From contig OZ241831.1 of the NCBI GenBank assembly GCA_965202585.1, positions 45,384,001 through 45,448,000 of the forward strand: a stretch of 64,000 bases of DNA, given 5' to 3'. The notes under the pieces are model-generated. The model was not told the DNA's origin and made no database searches. It saw only the letters and a program-made list of their open reading frames with translations. Within the stretch, counting starts at the first letter, position 1, and every line of letters starts with the position of its first letter. Shown one piece after another: positions 38,101 through 47,223 of this stretch. The DNA is from Thalia democratica. Lineage: Eukaryota. The position numbers and the translations under genes are program-made.

Positions 38101-38762
38101 AGCACATTTATACTTTCAGACCCTATTTTAAAAACGACAGATCGTGCAGAAGGGTGGAGGAGAGCCCGAAGAAGAACGTGATCGACGGAGACCTGATCGA
38201 GAGCTTGTTGGATCTGCCCGCCGAGGCCAAAAAGAAGATCGCCAAAGGACTGACTGTAAGAACTGTTGTTGTTTTTATCAGTATCGCTCTTATTACAGTT
38301 TTTACTGTAATAAGTATCGTGCAACTTTGCATAGTATCGCCTAGTATTTAATAGAAGACATTTTACAAGTTATTTGTATTAGTAGCTTTTTTTTTGAATA
38401 TCACAGCGTACTTGAGTGAAATTGCTTTAGATAGTTAAGTTTTATGTATATGTGTATTTTGTTTGAAATGTTTACTAATGTTGATAAATCGACTTTTTTT
38501 GATGCTAAAAATATTTTTTTCTACTGTAAAAATACTAATCAACTTTTTTATATGACTTATTTTTCCATAATAGAGCCTAAAAGCCAGGCTGTATTTAAAC
38601 TACTGTTTGAATAAACACAATATTTTTGTGCATGTATACTCAGTAATTCACATTAAAGCATATAAACACTGTTTTCAGATTAAAGACGGAAATGGCGGGA
38701 AAAGAGATGTGACTTTAGAGGAGCTTGTGAAGAAAATAGAAGAACTAAATCGCTTGCATTGA
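20077..38762 (+). CDS. DDB1: DNA damage-binding protein 1 (CRL4 adaptor, UV-DDB large subunit); 27 coding exons, about 1198 aa (1191 aa if exon 26 starts at 38141)
   Basis: Exons joined by hand, all GT-AG with matching phases: 20077-20137, 22254-22405, 22590-22709, 23002-23097, 23491-23619, 24435-24549, 24945-25057, 27318-27485, 27723-27816, 28850-29062, 29776-29981, 30284-30473, 30582-30682, 30941-31067, 31351-31458, 32038-32248, 33185-33296, 33502-33597, 33857-33968, 34505-34669, 35099-35193, 35818-35994, 36480-36589, 36827-36971, 37386-37546, 38120-38255, 38679-38762 (3597 nt, open, ends TGA). Recognisable DDB1 motifs: [124 protein letters not shown]. Confidence 0.96.
21247..21838. mobile_element. 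Second, older copy of the 17352-18018 MITE family in DDB1 intron 1
   Basis: Shares ATGTTGAT, TCTGAGAG and TACAGTTT(T/C)TAAGCA...TCTCAAACTTTA blocks; ends CCTATGCCCTTA. Confidence 0.5.
22254..22405 (+). CDS. DDB1: DDB1 coding exon 2
   Basis: ttttcag acceptor; [18 protein letters not shown]...FKPSK; donor GTATGA. Confidence 0.93.
22590..22709 (+). CDS. DDB1: DDB1 coding exon 3
   Basis: [14 protein letters not shown]...TKAHGNLS; donor GTTAGT. Confidence 0.9.
23002..23097 (+). CDS. DDB1: DDB1 coding exon 4
   Basis: [13 protein letters not shown]...[12 protein letters not shown]; donor GTTTGT. Confidence 0.92.
23491..23619 (+). CDS. DDB1: DDB1 coding exon 5
   Basis: FMHYDAE...[16 protein letters not shown]; donor GTAGTT. 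Confidence 0.88.
23937..24321. mobile_element. MITE-like insert in DDB1 intron 5
   Basis: AATTCGGACAATTC(C/A)AATTC repeats at ~23940-23980 mirrored by GAATTTGAATTGTCCGAATT at ~24302-24321. Confidence 0.45.
24435..24549 (+). CDS. DDB1: DDB1 coding exon 6
   Basis: NTVGRHITV...[11 protein letters not shown]; acceptor acaaacag, donor GTGCGA. Confidence 0.88.
24945..25057 (+). CDS. DDB1: DDB1 coding exon 7
   Basis: [17 protein letters not shown]...IPNTT; donor GTGGTT. Confidence 0.88.
25407..25641. mobile_element. Hairpin MITE with 74-bp arms in DDB1 intron 7
   Basis: 25407-25480 and 25568-25641 are reverse complements at 72/74 positions; TA-rich ends. Confidence 0.75.
25730..26056. mobile_element. 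hAT-type MITE in DDB1 intron 7
   Basis: TIRs CAGGGGTC / GATCCCTG; flanks ACTTAGAA / ACTTAAAA (7/8 TSD); internal GCGGCCCGCG-type repeats; related end fragment near 46637-46700. Confidence 0.8.
27318..27485 (+). CDS. DDB1: DDB1 coding exon 8
   Basis: HPITCW...[14 protein letters not shown]...HHLGK; donor GTGCGA. Confidence 0.9.
27723..27816 (+). CDS. DDB1: DDB1 coding exon 9
   Basis: [31 protein letters not shown]. Confidence 0.92.
28850..29062 (+). CDS. DDB1: DDB1 coding exon 10
   Basis: [48 protein letters not shown]. Confidence 0.95.
29776..29981 (+). CDS. DDB1: DDB1 coding exon 11
   Basis: GMWSLR...[12 protein letters not shown]...NVVHDQILQ. Confidence 0.92.
30284..30473 (+). CDS. DDB1: DDB1 coding exon 12
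   Basis: VTSKEVRLL...FQLLVAT...LFYFNIAN. Confidence 0.88.
30582..30682 (+). CDS. DDB1: DDB1 coding exon 13
   Basis: [22 protein letters not shown]...AEN. Confidence 0.86.
30941..31067 (+). CDS. DDB1: DDB1 coding exon 14
   Basis: METDSQ...[23 protein letters not shown]. Confidence 0.9.
31351..31458 (+). CDS. DDB1: DDB1 coding exon 15
   Basis: [29 protein letters not shown]. Confidence 0.92.
32038..32248 (+). CDS. DDB1: DDB1 coding exon 16
   Basis: KKKIHL...[28 protein letters not shown]...GYPES. Confidence 0.94.
33185..33296 (+). CDS. DDB1: DDB1 coding exon 17
   Basis: [37 protein letters not shown]. Confidence 0.94.
33502..33597 (+). CDS. DDB1: DDB1 coding exon 18
   Basis: [12 protein letters not shown]...KCASTT; donor GTGAGT. 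Confidence 0.88.
33857..33968 (+). CDS. DDB1: DDB1 coding exon 19
   Basis: ATRVW...[12 protein letters not shown]. Confidence 0.86.
34505..34669 (+). CDS. DDB1: DDB1 coding exon 20
   Basis: VMYSYEL...[22 protein letters not shown]. Confidence 0.93.
35099..35193 (+). CDS. DDB1: DDB1 coding exon 21
   Basis: [22 protein letters not shown]; donor GTATGT. Confidence 0.92.
35818..35994 (+). CDS. DDB1: DDB1 coding exon 22
   Basis: VSVYKL...[26 protein letters not shown]. Confidence 0.92.
36480..36589 (+). CDS. DDB1: DDB1 coding exon 23
   Basis: [17 protein letters not shown]...NNVFVCQ. Confidence 0.94.
36827..36971 (+). CDS. DDB1: DDB1 coding exon 24
   Basis: [23 protein letters not shown]. Confidence 0.92.
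37386..37546 (+). CDS. DDB1: DDB1 coding exon 25
   Basis: [14 protein letters not shown]...[13 protein letters not shown]. Confidence 0.92.
38120..38255 (+). CDS. DDB1: DDB1 coding exon 26 (alternative in-frame start at 38141)
   Basis: [14 protein letters not shown]; acceptors tactttcag (38119) and acgacag (38140) are 21 nt apart and both in frame; donor GTAAGA. Confidence 0.88.
38679..38762 (+). CDS. DDB1: DDB1 terminal coding exon 27
   Basis: [27 protein letters not shown] matches the DDB1 C-terminal pattern. Confidence 0.93.
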   Translation: MKDGNGGKRDVTLEELVKKIEELNRLH

Positions 38763-39880
38763 AATATATCTTTAGTTAATATATTATTCTTCATAAGAGC
38801 TAAGGTGGTTTCAGTTTAAAGTTTTTGTCTTTTCTAGTTGAGTTGTTGAATTTTTGTAAATTATGTTTTTATCATATAAGCGACAATCATTTACATTTTT
38901 ATTTAAACTAAGTTATAGTGTCAAAATATATCTAATTAGTTGTTAGATTTAAAAGAAACTGTTCAATAGTAATTCAAACTTTTTTTATAAAAGACCCAAC
39001 GATCTAAACTATTAACTATTAAAAAAAAATTATATAAATTTACAATTTGTGCTAAAAAATACTCGATACACATTGTTATTATTATGAGTCTTTCTTACAG
39101 TACTAAAGTTATTTGAGTTTTTTCTTTGTAAGTTGTTAATAAACTTAAATGTCCGATTCAGTTTTCGATTATTAAAAGTAGCACTTTTTTAATACTTACT
39201 TTAATATAATACAAAGAATAATAACAACTTCATTGCAGCTTGAGTTAAAATTAAATAGTTTCACTGAAACTGTAACGCACCTAAAATTGCAGTACTTGAA
39301 AGTCTGTAGAAGTTATTTTTAAATTAGTTAGTCAATTTTTTAACTAATTAAACTGATGATTCTGAAACTTGAAACTCAGTTTAACTCCTAGAAGATATAA
39401 CTAAATTTATCCTTAATTTTGTTAATTTATAATGATTCGAAATTTCCGAAATTACCTATTAAATTTTTAGTTTACATGTGTACTTGAAAAAAAGAAGCAA
39501 CAATAACAATATAAAAAAATATCAGCCTGAGTCCCCTACACAAATGCATCAAGAATTTTTAAAGCACATAATAAAAATATCTCCTAAATATATTTTTTAC
39601 ATTCCCAACCCACTTAATCTAGTTGCTCTTAAAAACAATGAATTTTGTCTATGCATAATATTATATTTTGCTATAAAACAGCCAAGATAACCCTTAATAC
39701 ATTTCATAATGACAGTTTTATTAGGTGATTTTAGAAAGGCGGTGGCTATTATGAAACTTGGGACTCTTGAATAATTTTAATATTTCACCTTAACTAATAA
39801 AGCGGCAAAAATAATAATTGTTTGTAGAACAATAAAAAAGCGCTTTAAGTAGTTGGACCTAGTGCACGGAAAAACCTTAC

Positions 39881-40017
39881 GGTTATTGGGTCGCACACAA
39901 TTTTGATACCTTTTAACATCTTGTCAAGGATAAATGTAACGTAATAACTAATTCCGGAGATTGTAATAAAGATCAAGAAGAAGTTCTGAAGGATAATTGA
40001 CGGAAGATTTAGAACTT
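39881..40017 (-). CDS. Candidate exon encoding a hydrophobic (possibly transmembrane) segment
   Basis: ccaaacag acceptor, GTAAGG donor, single open frame VLNLPSIILQNFFLIFITISGISYYVTFILDKMLKGIKIVCDPIT; partner exons not established. Confidence 0.42.
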
Positions 40018-43000
40018 CTGTTTGGTACATTTTAGTTTGTTTATAAACACTAAGTATTGCATTGACCTTGTACTTAATTATAGTCATGTGGTATTCTTTT
40101 TGCTTACTTTCTGTACAAAGTGAAGTAACAGAAATTAAAAAACTTAATTAAACTTAATAGTATAATAATTGTTTTAATGTCAACTATTTTGCTTATGCAA
40201 ACAAGTTAATCAGATTAGGTTATGAAGTAAGGCAGACCAAACTACTGCCTTGGTAAAATGAAGACTAAAATCATTACACACTTCGAAACTATTTTGTAGA
40301 AATAAAATCTTAAAAAAGAAACAGTCTTATATTTAACTGTCAATAATAAAAGCAAAACAGCTGTTAAGAGTTGGTTTTGTTGAATCCAAAAATACGGAAG
40401 TTAAATATTTATTACATCAATAGCTCGATGATTTAAAAGTCCTTTGATTTTACATAACTAGTTTGCTTTTAATAAAACATAAATCACTAGTTTACGATAT
40501 TATGGATAAAAAATATTTTAATAAAAAGTATTTTCAATAACACAAAACTTGAAAACTTTATATTTTAAATTTGATTATTTGTAGAAAGTTATTCTAAACC
40601 GTTAAACGTCACTTGACCATATAAAAAAGTTTTTATTTTTGTAGTAAATTTACGTCTTAGACGTTAAATCCTCAAAACCTGGAAACAGTTGATCATTTAG
40701 TTAATTAAGATGTTTAAATTAAAGTTTAAACTATTTAGCTACCTACTAACTATTTAGGTTGTATTTATGAGTTTCAATGATTCAAATAACTTTAACTTCA
40801 GCATAATCGCGTTTTGTTTTTTTATACTTAATAATTAAGAACTTAAAGCAAGTATAAGAAGATTTTTTTCAATCTACTACTATTTTTGCAGTCTGTACAA
40901 CTTCTTTTTGTTATTTATTATTTTATGTTTTCAAAGCAATTTACATTGAACATCCAATGAAACGAAACATTGTTTAAAAATCGTGTACATTTGTTTTAAA
41001 GCGCATTCTACATTTGATGATTTGTCATTTCTGTACAGACGAAGAACATAAAAACCTGTTAGTATAGCTTTTGAAACTACACAAAGAATGAATACATGTA
41101 TATTTTAAAATAAAATTTTTAGTTGTAACTAATATTCATGTGCAAAACAAAACTATTTTTATTGACACCACTGAGTGAGCGCACATTAAAAGGCATATAA
41201 ACTAATCAAAATATTTTATGTATCAATTCAATAATTTGTGTTAAGATCTTTAGATTGTTTATAAAAATTATCTGTTATTAAAACTATTAAAGAAAACGGC
41301 CAGGTCTACAAAGCCTAAACCTGTACTTTCGTATGCTGTAAGACAAGCTCAAGTTGGCTCACGAAGTGATATAATCAAACTTTTATGTTAATCATACTGC
41401 GCACAAAGTGTTTTTTTTAATTTAGTTTGAGTAAATGCAATGTTTGTCAGCCTGGATTAAATACACAAATTTTTCTGTTTAGTAAAAAGTTTTAAGGGCG
41501 TTAAGCTTTTATGTTCGTTTTAGTAAAAAATAACTCTAATTGGTCGTGAGCCAATTTCGTAAACTTTACGGGCTGATTTATTTTTCCTCGACAAACCCAA
41601 GCATATCTTGTGTAAGTTTTATATCTTCCGTCGATTGTGCCTAAGAATTTTGAAAACTTTTTTTACAAACACTAGAATATTTGTTGTAAGTTTCAAAAAT
41701 TTCAGACCAAAGAATAACTATTGCAAGTTTCAAAAATTCTAGGGCCCAGAATATCTATTATAGGTTTTAAATCTTCTGTCAGTTATGCATGAGAGCTTTT
41801 TTACTTAATTTTTATTAAAAACCAATTAATGTTTAGTTTAACCTTCAATATTTTCTGATTTACCGCAGTTTTAAATTTAGTTGGACGCATCCATACTAAA
41901 ATAATAACACTTTTGTTGGATGCACAGGTCATTTTTTTATGTTACATTTTGCCAACCCCTGTCGTAATCCAGGAGTGGGATTTGTTTACATTGTCAATAT
42001 TATTAGAAATTAATAACATAGAACTGAGTATAAAATTCATATTGGGTATTTACTTTAAAAAAAAGCTATATATTTAGTCGAGTAAGAGTAGCTTCAAAAT
42101 ATTTATAGAACAGATCCAAAAGTATGATGTCTTAAACAATGAAAAAGTGTTTTATCAGTTAAAATTATAAAAAAAATGTTGAAACTAAACATTCATATTT
42201 CGTGAAAAAAATAATATTAAACTGTTTACTTAAAGTAAAAAACAACAATGAATAACCTTATATATAAGGTATAGAATTATTTGAAAATTAATAAGACATC
42301 TACTATTTTTATTTATTTTACAGTTTGTATTTAACACATTATTATTTTGCAATTTAAGGCTGACATTTCTCTACCTCTGTCGCGCCCAGTTAAATTTGTT
42401 ACCAGAAGAAACGACATAAACCTAGATTAGTTTTAACTGCGTAGTCTACAAGAAATACATTTTTTTAGTATATAATTTCAAACCATTTAATTAAGTACAG
42501 CCCCAGATGTTCAAAAAGATAGTTTTTAAAGCTTGTAGTTTTATGTAACTGCTATAAACATTTTTTTTGTTTATAGTGCTAGCGCATCTGTTTTGATTTT
42601 ACTAAACAACTTTAACTACATAAAAACTGATACATTTACTTTACGAAACTCCCATCCTACTGTATTCCTATGTATACTATATTCTCACTTCTTTAGAAAT
42701 AATCTTTAAACGTGCAAAAATGAAAAGTACATTTCTTGTAAATAAATAACATTTATTCAAAGAAAGTAATTCTCAGATATCCTTAAGAAATTCAGAAAAT
42801 TGCAAGTTTTTATGCTCGACATATTGTCTACAAAAAACCAAACTCTATTAAGAATTGAAGTTTTAATTTACTCAAAATAAAACATGTTATCATTTCTTTT
42901 TTTACAAAGTTTCAAATACTTGCACAATAAAATCTTAAATTTTCCAATATACAGCTATTTAAACTATATGTTTTTAAGCGAGAAATATACAATTTAATAG

Positions 43001-45306
43001 CTTACAAATTAAATGATTTAGCATGAAGGGTGTGGACCCTGTTTTATGTAGTTTTGTTATGTAGTATTAATAGCCAGTAAACCAAATTTTAAAACATACA
43101 AGTTTAATAAAATCATTGTAAAGTAGTTATACCAAAATTTAATTTGTCAGCTAAGACAATTGAAACAAAGTTTAATGTTTAGCACATTCAAGGAACACAT
43201 TCATTACAATTACAAAAAAATAAAAAGAAATAGTGAACCAAAAGTCTAAAGCTGAGTTTATCAACTATTTTGTAAATTAAAACGGTTAAAAGACAACTCA
43301 AATTTCAAAAACTCAAACTTTTATAAAAAATTTCATAGAGTCACCCTCAAAAAGTAAGTTGAATCCCAGAAAAAAAATAAAATGTTTCGAAAGGACTAAC
43401 TAATAGTATCAAGATGGTAGATAGAAATCTGAATAAAATTTTTAATATTGATTAAAAAAAAAATTGTAACTATTAAATTTGACATATTTGAGTAAATCTT
43501 TAAAAATTCTTTTAGCTATGTTTGAGAAAAAAACAACTAAATTTGATGAAAAAACATCCTAAAGGTTTGATTAATAAAATCATGTTTGTAAAAAATAAGT
43601 TTTGAACAAAAAATAAATAAAGAGAACATTCCCAACAACTTAGAACCTTTAGAAATTAAATTGTCTAAACAAAATCAAACAAACATTAAAATTTAGTTAT
43701 ATAAATGAACCATCTAATTAAGATAAGTAATTTAAACTCTTAACAATATTCACTAAAAAACTTTTTTTTAAAGTAACTATATACTAACTTTTACTATAAC
43801 ATGAATATCAATTTTTATATTCTAAACACAAGTACAAAAGTTAGTTTCAAAAGTAAATGAATTAATTTATTCAACTAATAAAGAATTTTTATCGTACTAT
43901 TCACACACGAAGCTATTTCAAATTAATTTAGCTAAAACAACTAAAATAAATCACTATTTGAAACCAAAATATACCAAGGTAATAATGATGAATCAATATT
44001 TTTAAAATATAACGAAACCATAAAATCTTATTTTAAATTGTAAAATATACTTTGATCTAAACTAAAATAATTTAATTCAAGTTGCACTGTAACAAAAGCA
44101 TACAAAAATTAAAACCATTTTTCTAGAATATACGTCTTTAGCAACACATATTGATTTTGTTTTAAATACATCAAAATATTTGAGACACATTTAATACAAA
44201 AATCAGTAATATAATATCTGGCTCATTAAACTCATTAAATTAAAAAAATTACATAAATAAATGTTTTTGATTTTAATTTCTCTAAATTTATACACTAAAA
44301 ATAAAAACAAAATGAAGATGTTTAAATCGAATACTTTTAATGATTAAAAAACTACTGTAAATTTAATTGTCTAAACTGTTTTTATTAATAAAACTATGCT
44401 TAGTTGTAGCTGTACAAACAAAAATGACTTCCAATTAAAATGAACAATTCAATTATTTAGTTGTAGTCATATAAATAACTTTATTTAAAAAAGTTGCAGT
44501 TTAAAAAGTATTGAAAACTTGTATACACTAATTACAAGGAGATTCAACGAAGACTTTTATTACTTAAAAATTATATGTAGTAAGTGTATTGAACGAAAAC
44601 GAAGATGCTCAAAAAAAATTTTGGTCTTAGGACCTGGGTGTAAGAAAATACCTCTCAGTCATCGATTCGTAAACCAAAAGTAAGTAAAAATTGTTTCTTA
44701 CTTAGTATTTTAAAAAATTCCGATGAAAAATTTGTACAGTAGATCGTTGAAGAAAAATGCTGAAGACTTTATGAAACTGAAAAAATAGTTTTGATAAGGA
44801 AAACTGATCTTAACTTTAACTAAGTTCTTTATTAGTTTAAAACTTATCAAAAGATTTTCTAAGTTACAAAATAAGAAGTAAATATAAATAAACAAGTTTA
44901 TAACTATTTTTGCAATAAAAAAACTGTTGAGTAATAAGATTTATGAGAAACACTGTGCTCTACATACGTAAACACAAATAATTTGAAAATAAAATTAAGT
45001 TAACACATATAATAAGAAAAGCTTAACAAAAAAAATACTATATTAGACAAATCAAAAAAAAAACTGTTTAACTTTTACCAACGTTAGAAAGATAATTATT
45101 TTAAAAAAATCCTTTGTATTTTAAAATTAGTGCTTGTAATTAAAAACATAACTCTTAAAAAACTTTGCATAAATCAAAATGTTTCTCAATTAAAAAAAAT
45201 TCAAAACAACCACCAAGCTTACTTTATTCACTAACAACGTCTAATTAATCTGGCAAACGAAAAGAAACAGCTCAATTTCAAAAATAAAAAGCTTCAATTA
45301 GTAAAC

Positions 45307-45480
45307 CTGCAAAATAGTGTGAAGCATGTCGTCAAATATTGAACTCGGTAGTTCCCTAAATTTGCAACTTCCTAGCAAGGTCTTAAGCACGTGATCTTTA
45401 CTCGAGTAGTGATCTTCGTTTTCATTTAAGATGAGAGCTTGGAGGAGTTGCGGAGGCTTACGTAACAGTTTCAGGTTAAA
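45307..45480 (-). CDS. Candidate exon of an unrecognised gene; resembles the end of exon 48804-48461
   Basis: AG...GT-bounded, 174 nt, open, GC-richer than flanks: FNLKLLRKPPQLLQALILNENEDHYSSKDHVLKTLLGSCKFRELPSSIFDDMLHTILQ. Confidence 0.5.
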
Positions 45481-46191
45481 CTACTTTTAAACTAACTTAA
45501 AGTTTTGAAAAATTTTAAGTAGCATGAGAGCTTGTGAAAATCGAAAGTAGACTAAGATAAAATAAAGTTTTTAGATAGCCTAAGATTTTTGTAAGTATGA
45601 AATGGGCTGAAATTTCACAAAATTTAAACCAGTCAATGCTGAGGGTAATCTTAAGCTCTGTTTAAGCTTTAAATGAACTAATTATGAGTGTTTTTATTGC
45701 CTGAAATTATTTTTCGATAACATTGTAAAAACTACCTGAAAAAAAAGAATTAATTATCATAGATACAAAATTTGTAAAAGGTGATTAGAACTTTTAAACT
45801 TAGATATAATAATATTTAATCTGGTTTTGAGGACTACATACAATAAAGCTGTCTATTTAAATGCTAACTTTGCTACAAAACTAATAAACTAGTTTTAAGT
45901 ATTTGAAAGTTAATACTAAATTGCAACTATTATTTTATCAAAGTTAAAATTTGTTGTTATTATACATTGTATATGTTTGTCCTAATTAGTAAATATAAAT
46001 TTATATTTGCAAATTTACAGCTGTACAATTAGGTTTATGCTTTACAACGTTATTGCTATTACAACGTGCTATAAAACTGCTTAATGTATTTGTTGTTTAA
46101 AAAAATATGTTTTAAAAAGTCAAGTCTTTTTTTACTCCACTTTATTGTAAAACAAGGGTACACATTTTTTTTTATTCTTGGGTAATATTCA

Positions 46192-46260
46192 TTATTTCAT
46201 AAAATTTCTGAGCCTTCTTTGCATTTTCTTCATTCTGCTTTTTAAGGTTGTTGGTTTCCT
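46192..46260 (-). CDS. Candidate terminal exon of the 47-48.8 kb minus-strand gene
   Basis: Acceptor tttcacag. Phase 0 reads RKPTTLKSRMKKMQRRLRNFMK*; the other frame reads ETNNLKKQNEENAKKAQKFYEIMNITQE* (to 46172). The used frame is unresolved. Confidence 0.4.
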   Translation of the reverse strand, partial: RKPTTLKSRMKKMQRRLRNFMK

Positions 46261-47223
46261 CTGTGAAACATTTAAATGTTAATAGTAGTCCAGCAATAAA
46301 GCTATATAACTATAAAGGTTTTATAAATATGACAACTAACATTAAACTAAAACATAACTAGTTCGATGATACACTTTACAGCCGTTTTTGTATGCTTATA
46401 TATTGTGTAGTAGATTAGAACTTGTATGCTTTGAAACAACATTCATAATAAATTTCATGGAAAACTTGCTTTGCAATTTACGCTATCAAAAATAAATAGC
46501 AAAAAGATTTATGTGAGTACATCAACACTTTAACTTGGACTGTAATACACTTATGTTATTTTAATTTCTTAAACTAATTATTCGTGAATTTTATTTATAA
46601 TTATTTATTTATTGACTATTATTTGTTAGCTTAGATCACAGGTCGGCAGCCTTTTACAAGTCGCTTGCTTGTGGGCTGCAAACTGTATAGAAAACTGTCT
46701 TCTACAGGCTGCAGTTATTCAAAATAATTGTAGTAATAATTTTTATTATACTAATTTTAAAGTAAAATGCTATAGAATGGTCAACAATAGAGCGTTTTTA
46801 TTTAGTAGTTGTTAAATTAACAGCCTAATTGTAGCTTTTAGCACAAAATATTAAAAAAAAGTTTTTTTCTACATGTATGTTTCTAGCTGTAAAGTACAAC
46901 GCGGGAAGAATTTTGCAAACTCTTGAATTACTTTAACTACCGTTATATGCTCAAATTATAATTAAATTTAAGTACATTGAAACTAATATTTTTGATACAA
47001 GTGTTTAGTCCTTAAGAATTAATTAGAAATAACAATATATGTCAACTTCGTTTTGTGCTTATACAAAACATACTTAAACAAAAATATTTTTTGTAAAATT
47101 ACACTTTTGAAATAAACCAACTTAACTTTTTTGTACTTTCTAAAAAGACACCTAATATCAAATGATTAAAACAATAAAAATTAAATCATATTCAAGGTAA
47201 ATTATTTTTACATTAAAACTAAC

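Noticed and set aside
20077-38762. Non-standard genetic code or non-canonical (non GT-AG) introns
   Set aside because: The full DDB1 frame reads with the standard code, ends in TGA, and all 26 introns are GT-AG.
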